Source: Planctomycetota bacterium
GTDB lineage: Bacteria; Planctomycetota; UBA1135; GCA-002748355
Direction: 5' to 3'
Assembly (NCBI GenBank): GCA_002685965.1
Contig: NYZE01000009.1
Span: 2,882 to 66,261, forward strand
Length of the DNA: 63,380 nt
Position 1 is the stretch's first letter, and each line of letters begins with the position of its first letter. Below, one piece after another: positions 44,149 to 51,887 of this stretch. The translations under genes and the position numbers were made by a program. Below the pieces are notes generated by a model. It searched no databases, was not told where the DNA came from, and was given only the letters and a program-made list of their open reading frames with translations.

Positions 44149-44831
44149 TCGCACTGGTATTCGCGTTGCTGTTCGCCGGCGACCTCGACCGGGCCAACCG
44201 CGCCTACGAGGCCGGCCGCTGGGCCGAGGCTGCCGCGCTCTATCGTGCTGCGCTCGACGGACCGGGGTCGTCGCACGCCACGCTGTGGCACAACCTGGGC
44301 AACTGCGCGTTTCGCCTCGACCGTTCGCCCGAAGCGATCCTCTACTACCGGCGCGCTCTACACTACGCGCCGGACAATACCCAAGCGCAGTGGAACCTTC
44401 ACCTCGCCGAGCGGCGACTCGGTGTGACGAGGGCGCCGCCGTCGCTGCCGCGCCGACTGTTAGCGGGAATCGACGCCTACCCACGGCTCGCGCTCGCGTT
44501 GGCGGCACTGCTGCAGGCTGCAGGTCTCGTGGCGGTGCTGCGCACCAGCGGACGCGCGCGCCGCTTGCAGTTGGCCGCGGTCATCGCGGTCGGACTCGCA
44601 CTCGGTAGCCGCGTGGCCATGACCCAATGCTTCGCCCAGCCGACCGCGGGAGTGATCCTCGAGCCGAGCATCGCCGTCCGCCCCGACCCGCACGCGACCC
44701 TTCCAGTGATCGCCCGCCTCGACGCAGGCCAGCTCGTGCGTGTCGAAGAAGCCTCCGATCGGTGGGCCCGCATCACGCATGCCGCCGGCAGCGGCTGGGT
44801 CGAGCGGGCCGTAGTGGGCCTAGTCGAGTAG
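44145..44831 (+). CDS. batE: BatE-like TPR plus SH3b protein
   Basis: GTGA overlap. The TPR segment is WHNLGNCAFRLDRSPEAILYYRRALHYAPDN, followed by two TM segments and a C-terminal SH3-like QLVRVEEASDRWARITHAAGSGWV. Confidence 0.6.
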   Translation: MIALVFALLFAGDLDRANRAYEAGRWAEAAALYRAALDGPGSSHATLWHNLGNCAFRLDRSPEAILYYRRALHYAPDNTQAQWNLHLAERRLGVTRAPPSLPRRLLAGIDAYPRLALALAALLQAAGLVAVLRTSGRARRLQLAAVIAVGLALGSRVAMTQCFAQPTAGVILEPSIAVRPDPHATLPVIARLDAGQLVRVEEASDRWARITHAAGSGWVERAVVGLVE

Positions 44832-46091
44832 CGGACGCAGCCCGCTCGCAAACTTCTTGGCCAGGAACTCCGCCCCATCCCACGCCGGGTGGTAGTGATC
44901 CTCGAAGAAGAGACTCCCGCGATCGGTCACGCGTTCGAACGGCTGCCAAACGTCGATCAGCGTCAGTCCCTCGGTCCGCGCGACTTCACGCAGCACATCG
45001 TTGTGGTGGCTCAACGCGGCGCGTTCATAGGCGGGAATCGACGCCTCGTCGAACAGGAACGTCGCCAGCACGAAGCGCACACCGACACGCTTGCACATGT
45101 CAGCCATCGTCTTGAGGTTGCGCGCGAAGCGCCTGCCGTTCTCCTGGATCATCGCACGCGCCGCCGCGTCGACCTCGTCATCCGTCTCCGGCTCCGGATC
45201 ACCGAGCAAGGCGGCGAAGAGCCCGGGCCTCTTCTTGCGCAGGATGTGCGCGAGCATCGTGCGCGCGTAGTAGTTGCTGCCGCGGAACTTATTGGACAAG
45301 TACGCGGCCTGCGAGGCTGCGAGAGCGATCTTGCCTTGCTCCTGGATCTTGTCGAGCTCATTGCCCGCGTTGTATACGTCGTTGACCGAACCGTAGTAGA
45401 GCACGTGCGTCGGTCGGTGCGGGAGAACCTTGAGGTAGAGCCGCGTCATGAGCTGTAGCGAGGCGTGGCCGTTGTTGCCAGCGTTGACGATGGTGACTTT
45501 CGAGCTCGACTTGCGCAGCTCGTGCTCGAGAAGATGCGGCCATGTCTTGTCGTCGTTGAGCCCAAAGCCAAACACGGACGAACCGCCAATAGCAATCACG
45601 AGCCCGCCGTCGCGTTTCTTCCGCCAATCCGGATTGTCGACGTGGGTGCGAAAGCCCTCAATGTCGGTCGAGTAGGTGCCGCCGGCCGCCTTCCACGAGT
45701 GTGACGGTTTCGCTTCGTAGGTGTAGATCGTCGACTTGTGTTGGCCCCAGCTGCGATAGGTTACAAACGCATCGCCGAACAACGCGCGCGCGACGAGTTC
45801 GAGGCCGACACCGCAGACACAGATCACCGCGATCACCGCGAGCACGCGTTTCGCCGGCCGCATGGACGACTGACGGCGGCATCGCCGACCGACCACGATG
45901 GCGATCACGATCACCGCGACCAGAGCGATCACCAGCGTTCGCAGGTAGGCCGTGTCGTAGCCGAGCACAGCCGGGTTGATCGAGCGGTGGAACAGCAACG
46001 GCAACCACAGCGCAGCAAGCGGGAAGAAAACCAGGAATAACCCCCGCTGGAGAGATGCCGGGCGTTCTGTTGAATCTTCGAGGAGCCGCAT
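44820..46091 (-). CDS. membrane-anchored SGNH/GDSL hydrolase (acyl-esterase/acyltransferase-like)
   Basis: It has three N-terminal TM segments. The SGNH blocks are IAIGGSSVFGFG, IVNAGNNGHAS and FEDHYHP. Confidence 0.7.
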   Translation of the reverse strand: MRLLEDSTERPASLQRGLFLVFFPLAALWLPLLFHRSINPAVLGYDTAYLRTLVIALVAVIVIAIVVGRRCRRQSSMRPAKRVLAVIAVICVCGVGLELVARALFGDAFVTYRSWGQHKSTIYTYEAKPSHSWKAAGGTYSTDIEGFRTHVDNPDWRKKRDGGLVIAIGGSSVFGFGLNDDKTWPHLLEHELRKSSSKVTIVNAGNNGHASLQLMTRLYLKVLPHRPTHVLYYGSVNDVYNAGNELDKIQEQGKIALAASQAAYLSNKFRGSNYYARTMLAHILRKKRPGLFAALLGDPEPETDDEVDAAARAMIQENGRRFARNLKTMADMCKRVGVRFVLATFLFDEASIPAYERAALSHHNDVLREVARTEGLTLIDVWQPFERVTDRGSLFFEDHYHPAWDGAEFLAKKFASGLRPLLD

Positions 46092-46106
46092 GTCGTTCCG
46101 TTGGGC

Positions 46107-46137
46107 GCTACTTGGACGCTACTTGGACGCTAGCGTC
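46107..46137. repeat. 11-nt tandem repeat (GCTACTTGGAC x2.4) ending in a 12-nt perfect palindrome GACGCTAGCGTC
   Basis: Read directly: units at 46107-17, 46118-28 and 46129-32, with the palindrome at 46126-46137. It lies 16-46 nt upstream of ATG 46091 of the minus-strand SGNH gene. Confidence 0.8.
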
Positions 46138-46405
46138 TCCCACATGCTAAGGAGCGGAGCTCTTGGAGTCGCGTTCGCCGCACCCCTTACCACAGCTGGG
46201 CACAGCCTCAGCGTGCCGACTGGTCCGGGGACAGCCCGTCTGATGCCTCGCCGGCGCGTGAGCGAAATCTGGAACAAGGTCCCGCTTCAGCGCATCCCAC
46301 CCCGTCAGCGCCCGCACCCGAGCCCCCCACTCCAGGCGATGACCTCATCGTCATCCAACCGCCCACCGGGTCGATCTCGGACATCATCGGCGAAGTCGAG
46401 GACCC

Positions 46406-46422
46406 AACCGGGTAACCCGGTT
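46406..46422 (-). terminator. short hairpin 15 nt after the GT2 stop (weak terminator candidate)
   Basis: AACCGGG-TAA-CCCGGTT has a 7-bp stem and a 3-nt loop. There is no convincing U-tract on the minus strand. Confidence 0.3.
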
Positions 46423-46436
46423 TCAGGCGCTCCGTC

Positions 46437-47402
46437 TCAGATACCCCTGTGCATCCAGCGGTCGAGGCAGCGGTAGAACCACCCGAGCTTGCCGTGCATG
46501 AAGCGATCCGAGTTACCGCCGAGGTACATGCCCCACGCCGACCACTTGGCGTATGCGAGGGCCCAAGCGCGCAGGTCGCGTTTCTCAGCTTCCGGTAGCT
46601 CCAGCGCCAGCACGCGCTCGCCATAGTCCTTGCGGGCCCAGTTGATGTTCTCGCGCAGCTGCTGCCGCGTCGAAAGCAGGTGCACGCCGAAGAGGTCCTT
46701 GAGGTTCTGGTGATCGCAGTAGATGCGCTTGCCCTCGGCCTTCGGCGAACGATTGTGGCTGTGAATCACCGCCGACTGCGGTTGGAAGACGATCCGTTGC
46801 CCGGCCAGCAGCAGGCGCTTGCCGAAGGCAACGTCCTCGCCGAAGCGACGGTAGCCGAACGGGTGCTTCTGCCACACCGATCGACGCACGCTGCCGGCGA
46901 CGTTGTCGTAGGCGGACCTCTGCAACCGCTCGAGTGGTTCGAGCGCTACGAACTCGTCTTCTCCCTCGACCTCCTGAACGACGAGCTCCGTCTTGCCCGC
47001 AACCCACTCGCTCAGCCGTTGCGCGATGAACGGATTGCAGTCGGATCGCGGGATCTGCCGGCAATAGGCCGCGCCGACTTTCGGATCGTCGTAGACCTCA
47101 ACCAGACGCGGCAACCACTCATCGTCGGCGGGGATCGCGTCCTGCGTCAGGAGCAACACGACGTCGGCGTCTACCTGTGAGATCGCGAGGTCGCGCGTCG
47201 TGCCGTGGTTGAACTCGCGCTGCTCGATCGACTGCACCGCGAAGCCGTGGTCGCGCAGACACGTGACCGTCGCATCGCTGGACCCACTGTCGATCGCGAA
47301 CCGCACCAGGTCCGTGGCGCCCGGCTGGCGGTCGATGGCTCCCATGACCTCCTCGAGAAGAGGCATGCCGTTCCAGGTCGGGATGACTAAACCAACGCGC
47401 AT
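46437..47402 (-). CDS. family 2 glycosyltransferase
   Basis: The GT-A signature is MRVGLVIPTWNG...IDSGSSDAT...LLTQDA... Confidence 0.85.
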   Translation of the reverse strand: MRVGLVIPTWNGMPLLEEVMGAIDRQPGATDLVRFAIDSGSSDATVTCLRDHGFAVQSIEQREFNHGTTRDLAISQVDADVVLLLTQDAIPADDEWLPRLVEVYDDPKVGAAYCRQIPRSDCNPFIAQRLSEWVAGKTELVVQEVEGEDEFVALEPLERLQRSAYDNVAGSVRRSVWQKHPFGYRRFGEDVAFGKRLLLAGQRIVFQPQSAVIHSHNRSPKAEGKRIYCDHQNLKDLFGVHLLSTRQQLRENINWARKDYGERVLALELPEAEKRDLRAWALAYAKWSAWGMYLGGNSDRFMHGKLGWFYRCLDRWMHRGI

Positions 47403-47414
47403 GTGTAGCCCGAC

Positions 47415-48647
47415 CTAGCCTGCATAGGCGTCCAGAAACCGATCGTAGTTGTCAGCGATCGTACCCGCGGGTCGCGGATCGAGGCGCGCGACGGATTGGG
47501 GATCAGCGAGACAGCGCTCGATGACGCCTGCCATTGCCTCCGCGTTGCCGGCCTCGAAGCGGAAGCCATTCACGCCATCTTCGATGACTTCGACCATGCC
47601 GCCGAGGTCAGAGCAGATCACGCCAACGCCAGCTTCGAAGGCCTCGAGGATGACGAACGGCGTGTTCTCGTACCAGGTCGAGGGGACGACGAGGAGGTCG
47701 GTGTCCGCCATGACATCACTCACGGATGCGCGATCGAAGGCTCCGGGAAAACTGATGCGCTCGTCGCCCGCGGCGCGCTGTAACAGGTCCGCGATGTAGT
47801 CGCGGAACATGTATTCCTCGGTGCGACCGTGCACGGTGAGGTGCACGTCACCCGAAACCTTCCGCACGGCGTCAACCGCGACGTGCGCCGCCTTCCACGG
47901 CGACAGCACGCCGACAAACGCCAAGCGCAGGGGCGAGCGCGGTCGCTGCACCAATCGACGCTCGACGCGACCGGGCTCGAGTCCGTATCGCACGACCTCC
48001 ATGCGGTCGGCAGGGAAGCCGTTCTTCTCGAACATGCCGGCCAAGAACCGCGACGGCGCGATAACCGCGTCGACCGAGGCGAGTCGACCGAGCAACGTGT
48101 CCTTGCGTTGCAGAAGAGCGTCGTGGCGAGCATCGCCGGCGACGATGTCCGGATACGCGCACTCGATGCAGCCGCGGCCACCATCTGGTGGGCCTTCACA
48201 CACTTCGCCATCGCTACGTAGCAGCGTGAATCGTGGACAAAGGTACCAGAAGTCCATCAGGTTGACGACCGTGCGCACGCCGCGCGCGACCGCGACGTCG
48301 AGCAGGTCCGAGCCGAGGTTGCGGAGGTGAAAGAAGTGCACCGCGTCGGGCTGCTGCTGGTCGAGCACACTACCGAACAACCGCGCCACGTGCGGGTTCT
48401 CGTAGTCGCGCAGGACATCGTTCGGTTGCAGGCCCCGCCAGTGACGCAGACGCAGCACCGTGAAGCCGTCGTACGGCTGGTCGTAGAGCAAGAGCGGTGG
48501 ATCCTGCCGCGCGGGATCAGGGTCGAGCGACAACACGACGACTTCGTCGCCGCGGCGACGGGCTTCCCGCGACGCCGCAAGGCAATACTGCTCGGTCCCT
48601 GAGAAGCAGTCTGGAAAGTACTGGTGGATCACATAGAGCAGTTTCAC
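47415..48647 (-). CDS. family 4 (GT-B) glycosyltransferase, paralogue a
   Basis: GTG 48647 in a GTGA overlap gives VKLLYVIHQYFP. Motifs are the Cys-rich insert MDFWYLCPR...C..PPDGGRGCIEC and the C-terminal VVPSTWYENTPFVILEAFEAG (EX7E). Confidence 0.8.
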   Translation of the reverse strand: MKLLYVIHQYFPDCFSGTEQYCLAASREARRRGDEVVVLSLDPDPARQDPPLLLYDQPYDGFTVLRLRHWRGLQPNDVLRDYENPHVARLFGSVLDQQQPDAVHFFHLRNLGSDLLDVAVARGVRTVVNLMDFWYLCPRFTLLRSDGEVCEGPPDGGRGCIECAYPDIVAGDARHDALLQRKDTLLGRLASVDAVIAPSRFLAGMFEKNGFPADRMEVVRYGLEPGRVERRLVQRPRSPLRLAFVGVLSPWKAAHVAVDAVRKVSGDVHLTVHGRTEEYMFRDYIADLLQRAAGDERISFPGAFDRASVSDVMADTDLLVVPSTWYENTPFVILEAFEAGVGVICSDLGGMVEVIEDGVNGFRFEAGNAEAMAGVIERCLADPQSVARLDPRPAGTIADNYDRFLDAYAG

Positions 48648-49909
48648 ATCACTGCTCCGACTTCGGCGTAGACACCGCAAAGCTCGCGGGCGAGATCCTC
48701 GACCCGACGTACATTGCTCGGCGCGCCGCCGAGCCGAGCTGCCAACCCGGGCTCATCGACGAAGCGTTGCAGGATGCCCGCGAGTGCGTCGACGTCTCCG
48801 GCCGGAAAAGTGAACCCGTTGACGCCTTCCTCGATCCCATCGGTCAGCCCACCTACCTGCGACGCCACGACCGCACAGCCCGCCAACATGCCCTCGCGCA
48901 GGGTCAGCCCAAACACCTCGTGCCAGAGCGGCGGCACGACGAGTACATCGATACGCCCTAGCAGCGCCGGCAGGTCGCTGTGCGCATACGTGCCGAGAAG
49001 CTCGACCGGGTTCTCGGCCAGCACGCTCGCCACGAGCTCGCGGATGCGATCGCCGTAGTCCGTCACCTGGTAGAATGGAGGACAGTTGCCGGCAAGCAGC
49101 AGCGATGCACTGCCGGCTGGCAAACGGTCGAAGGCCTCGACGATCAAGTGCGTCCCCTTCGACGGAATTAGCGTGCCGACAAAACCGACGCGCAACCGGT
49201 CTGAAGGCGACCGCTGCACACCGACGAACGGCGCATGGTCCTGGCCCTGCAGCGCAACCCTGACGTGGTCAGGAGCGACACCAAAGCCGACGAAGCGCTC
49301 GCGGCAAGCGGCGGACGGCGTCACCAGGAGGTCGGGCTTCGCCAGCACCCCACGCAGCCAATCGTGCAACTCCGCGACGACCGTCACATCGTCCTGATCG
49401 GCGCTCGTCAAGTGCGGCCAGGTCGACGCGATGCACGGGCCGCACTGCACGGGCTCGGCTTGGTCGCACGACCGCAGCTCCGGGTGGAACATCTGTCCGC
49501 GCGGGCACATCAGGTAGTAGTCGTGCAGCGTCATGACGCATGGCACGCCCTGGGCACGGATCGCCTCCAGGCATGAGGCGCCGATGCCGGCAAAGTGGTG
49601 CACATGCACGACGTCGGGCTTGCTGCGCTCGAGAAAGGCGGCAAACGCCCGCCCCAGGGCGGGATCGTCATAGAGCTCTCGAAACGACCGCGTGCGGCTC
49701 CAACGGAACACGACGCGTGTCGTCGCAAAGCCGTCGAACTCAGTCTCGTAGGTCGCGAACTCGTCCACATCGTCGCGGGTACCGCGCGCGTAGAAGATGA
49801 CTTCGTGCCCATCACGACGCAACACGCGCGCGACCTCGAGCGTGTGTTGTTCGACGCCGCCGACCTGCTCCGGCGGAAAACCGCACGTGACGAAGAGCAC
49901 GCGGGTCAT
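48644..49909 (-). CDS. family 4 (GT-B) glycosyltransferase, paralogue b
   Basis: Motifs are MTRVLFVTCGFPPEQVGGVEQH, HDYYLMCPR...C...VQCGPC and VVPPLWHEVFGLTLREGMLAG (EX7E). Confidence 0.8.
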   Translation of the reverse strand: MTRVLFVTCGFPPEQVGGVEQHTLEVARVLRRDGHEVIFYARGTRDDVDEFATYETEFDGFATTRVVFRWSRTRSFRELYDDPALGRAFAAFLERSKPDVVHVHHFAGIGASCLEAIRAQGVPCVMTLHDYYLMCPRGQMFHPELRSCDQAEPVQCGPCIASTWPHLTSADQDDVTVVAELHDWLRGVLAKPDLLVTPSAACRERFVGFGVAPDHVRVALQGQDHAPFVGVQRSPSDRLRVGFVGTLIPSKGTHLIVEAFDRLPAGSASLLLAGNCPPFYQVTDYGDRIRELVASVLAENPVELLGTYAHSDLPALLGRIDVLVVPPLWHEVFGLTLREGMLAGCAVVASQVGGLTDGIEEGVNGFTFPAGDVDALAGILQRFVDEPGLAARLGGAPSNVRRVEDLARELCGVYAEVGAVM

Positions 49910-49924
49910 CAGCGGCGCTTCCGG

Positions 49925-51322
49925 CTACTTCTCGCGTAGCGCAATAACGTGGTGCCTCGTCCGTACGAACAACGTGCCGCCGGCAATCGCGGGCGTCGCC
50001 ATCAGCGTCGCGCCCATGTCGTTGACAGCCAGCAGCTTGAAGTCCTCACCCGCCTTGACCACGTGGACCTCGCCGACCTCACCTGACAGGTAGACCTTGC
50101 CACCCGCAGCCACAGGGGATCCCGAGAAGCCGGTCTTACCCGTGCCAAGGCGCTGGCGATAGACGCGCAAGCCTGTCTCCGCTTCGTAACAAGACAGGAT
50201 GCCGCCATCACTACAGGCATAGAGCTGATCACCGTAGGCGAGCGGTGTCTGCATGTAGACGCCACGTCGACGGTGCTCCCATTCGATGTACTCGTCAGCG
50301 TTGTCGTCTTTCAGTAACCGCCTGGCCGTGACCTTCACCGCGCGCAGCGGGCGTGAACGGCCGTGCGCGCTCGTCAAGAACACCAGTCCATGCGCGACGA
50401 CCGGCGTCGGCACCGGCACATCGCCACCACCGACCAGCTTCCAGACCTCATTGCCCGTGGCCAGGTCGTAGCCGCCGATGTGCTTGTACCCGTTGAGAAT
50501 CACCTGCGCGACGTTGTTCGGACCCGCCGGCAGGACCGTCGGCGTGCACCAGGTCGAGTCCTCGTCACGCGCAACCCGCCAGACGTCCTTGCCATTTTTC
50601 AGGTCGATCGAGGCGACGAACGACTCACCTTCGTGGTCGCACTGCACGAAGACGCGATCGCCGAACAGCACGGGCGAACTGGCAAAGCCCCACTGGTAGC
50701 CCTTCTTGCCGTAGCCCGGGGCACCGGAATCGAGGACGCCGAGATCCCGCTTCCACAGGAGCTCGCCGTCGTGATCGAAGCAGAACAACCCCTCGGATGC
50801 GAAGAACACGACAAGCCGCTCGGCGTCGCACGCCGGCGTGCAGTTGGCGTGGCTCGACTTGGGATGGCGCTTGGCCCGCGGCACGCCAACGTGTGCCGTC
50901 CGCTGCCATACCACCTTGCCACTGTTCTTGTCGAAGCAGTAGACCTTGAACTCGTGTGATGCCTCGTCAGCAACCGCGTCACCAGCACCGTAGCCCTTGG
51001 AGCCGTAGAGACTCGACAGCTTGGCCGCCTCACCCTTGCGCACTGCAGTGGTCACGAACACGCGGTCGCCCCACACGATCGGACTCGAATGGGCGAGGCC
51101 GGGAACTTCCGTCTTCCACGCGACGTTGGTGCCCTTGTCGACATCCCAGGTCGTCGGCACCGTGCAATCAGCGACGCCACCCGCGTGCGCCCCGCGAAAC
51201 TGCGGCCAGTGCTGCGGCTTGGCTGGAGAGGCCTCGGGCGGACCCTGCGCGGCGAGACCCTGCGCGGCGAGACTCGTCGCGACGAGAGTCAGACAACCGA
51301 AGGCGCGCTGCAAACCCGTCAT
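49925..51322 (-). CDS. secreted PQQ-like / BamB-like beta-propeller repeat protein
   Basis: The signal peptide is followed by WPQFRGAHAGGV, then repeated ...VW...G...SSP... blades. The ATG sits in an ATGA overlap with the slyD stop. Confidence 0.8.
   Translation of the reverse strand: MTGLQRAFGCLTLVATSLAAQGLAAQGPPEASPAKPQHWPQFRGAHAGGVADCTVPTTWDVDKGTNVAWKTEVPGLAHSSPIVWGDRVFVTTAVRKGEAAKLSSLYGSKGYGAGDAVADEASHEFKVYCFDKNSGKVVWQRTAHVGVPRAKRHPKSSHANCTPACDAERLVVFFASEGLFCFDHDGELLWKRDLGVLDSGAPGYGKKGYQWGFASSPVLFGDRVFVQCDHEGESFVASIDLKNGKDVWRVARDEDSTWCTPTVLPAGPNNVAQVILNGYKHIGGYDLATGNEVWKLVGGGDVPVPTPVVAHGLVFLTSAHGRSRPLRAVKVTARRLLKDDNADEYIEWEHRRRGVYMQTPLAYGDQLYACSDGGILSCYEAETGLRVYRQRLGTGKTGFSGSPVAAGGKVYLSGEVGEVHVVKAGEDFKLLAVNDMGATLMATPAIAGGTLFVRTRHHVIALREK
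51241..51273 (-). repeat. perfect 15-nt tandem duplication (GACCCTGCGCGGCGA x2.2) in the signal-peptide cleavage region
   Basis: Read directly at 51241-55, 51256-70 and 51271-73. It encodes LAAQG-LAAQG in TSLAAQGLAAQGPPE. Confidence 0.85.
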
Positions 51323-51819
51323 CCGTGGTCGTGGCCGCAGTCGTCATCGTGCGCGTGGCAGTTCTTGATTTCTTCCTGGGTCGCGACGCGGACGGCCAAG
51401 ATCTCGATCTCGAAGTGCAGCGTCTCGCCAGCCAGCGGATGATTGAAGTCGACGGTGACGTTCTCGTCGCCGAGCTCCACGACGCGCAACAGCATCGAAT
51501 CGCCGTCTTCCGTGCTGGCTTGCATGGCGAGGCCGACCTCAAGCTCGACATCGTCGGGAAACGCCGTACGCGGCACCTGCTGGATGGCCTCGGCGTCAGG
51601 CATCCCATAGCCCTCTTCTGCCGGCACCGACACCGAGAAACGATCGCCGACGGTCTTGCCAGTCGTCTGCTCCTCGAGGCCCGGCACGAGCGCGCCGTGG
51701 CCGTGCAGGTAGGTCAGCGGCTCGCCACCAGCCGAACTCTCGACGAGCTTGCCGTCATCGAGTTTCAAGCTGTAGTGGATATCGACGACAGTGTCGATCG
51801 CAACAGTGTTGTTATCCAT
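51319..51819 (-). CDS. slyD: FKBP-type peptidyl-prolyl cis-trans isomerase SlyD with a His/Cys/Asp-rich tail
   Basis: Motifs are VVDIHYSLKLDDGKLVESS...LTYLHGHGALVPGLEE...DFNHPLAGETLHFEIEIL. The tail is CHAHDDDCGHDHG. Confidence 0.9.
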   Translation of the reverse strand: MDNNTVAIDTVVDIHYSLKLDDGKLVESSAGGEPLTYLHGHGALVPGLEEQTTGKTVGDRFSVSVPAEEGYGMPDAEAIQQVPRTAFPDDVELEVGLAMQASTEDGDSMLLRVVELGDENVTVDFNHPLAGETLHFEIEILAVRVATQEEIKNCHAHDDDCGHDHG

Positions 51820-51864
51820 AGGCCGCCCACACTAGCCCGCCATGGCGGTTACAGCCATCGTCCG

Positions 51865-51883
51865 GGCCCCGGTTGTCGGGGCC
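51865..51883 (-). terminator. hairpin 5 nt after stop 51888 (terminator candidate)
   Basis: GGCCCCG-GTTGT-CGGGGCC has a 7-bp GC stem. A 12-nt palindrome CCGCCATGGCGG follows at 51837-51848. There is no U-tract on the minus strand. Confidence 0.35.
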
Positions 51884-51887
51884 AAGC

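Noticed and set aside
44820-44831. The 12-nt overlap of the convergent 3' ends of the batE-like gene and the SGNH gene, considered as a possible antisense regulatory arrangement.
   Set aside because: Short convergent overlaps are common in compact genomes. There is no associated structure or conserved element that I could see.
45976-46476. The 166-aa plus-strand ORF spanning the 345-nt intergenic gap, considered as a possible missed gene.
   Set aside because: It overlaps the start of the SGNH gene and the end of the GT2 gene. Its product is Arg/Ser/Pro-rich with no motif, and no ribosome-binding site is evident. I treated the region as non-coding.
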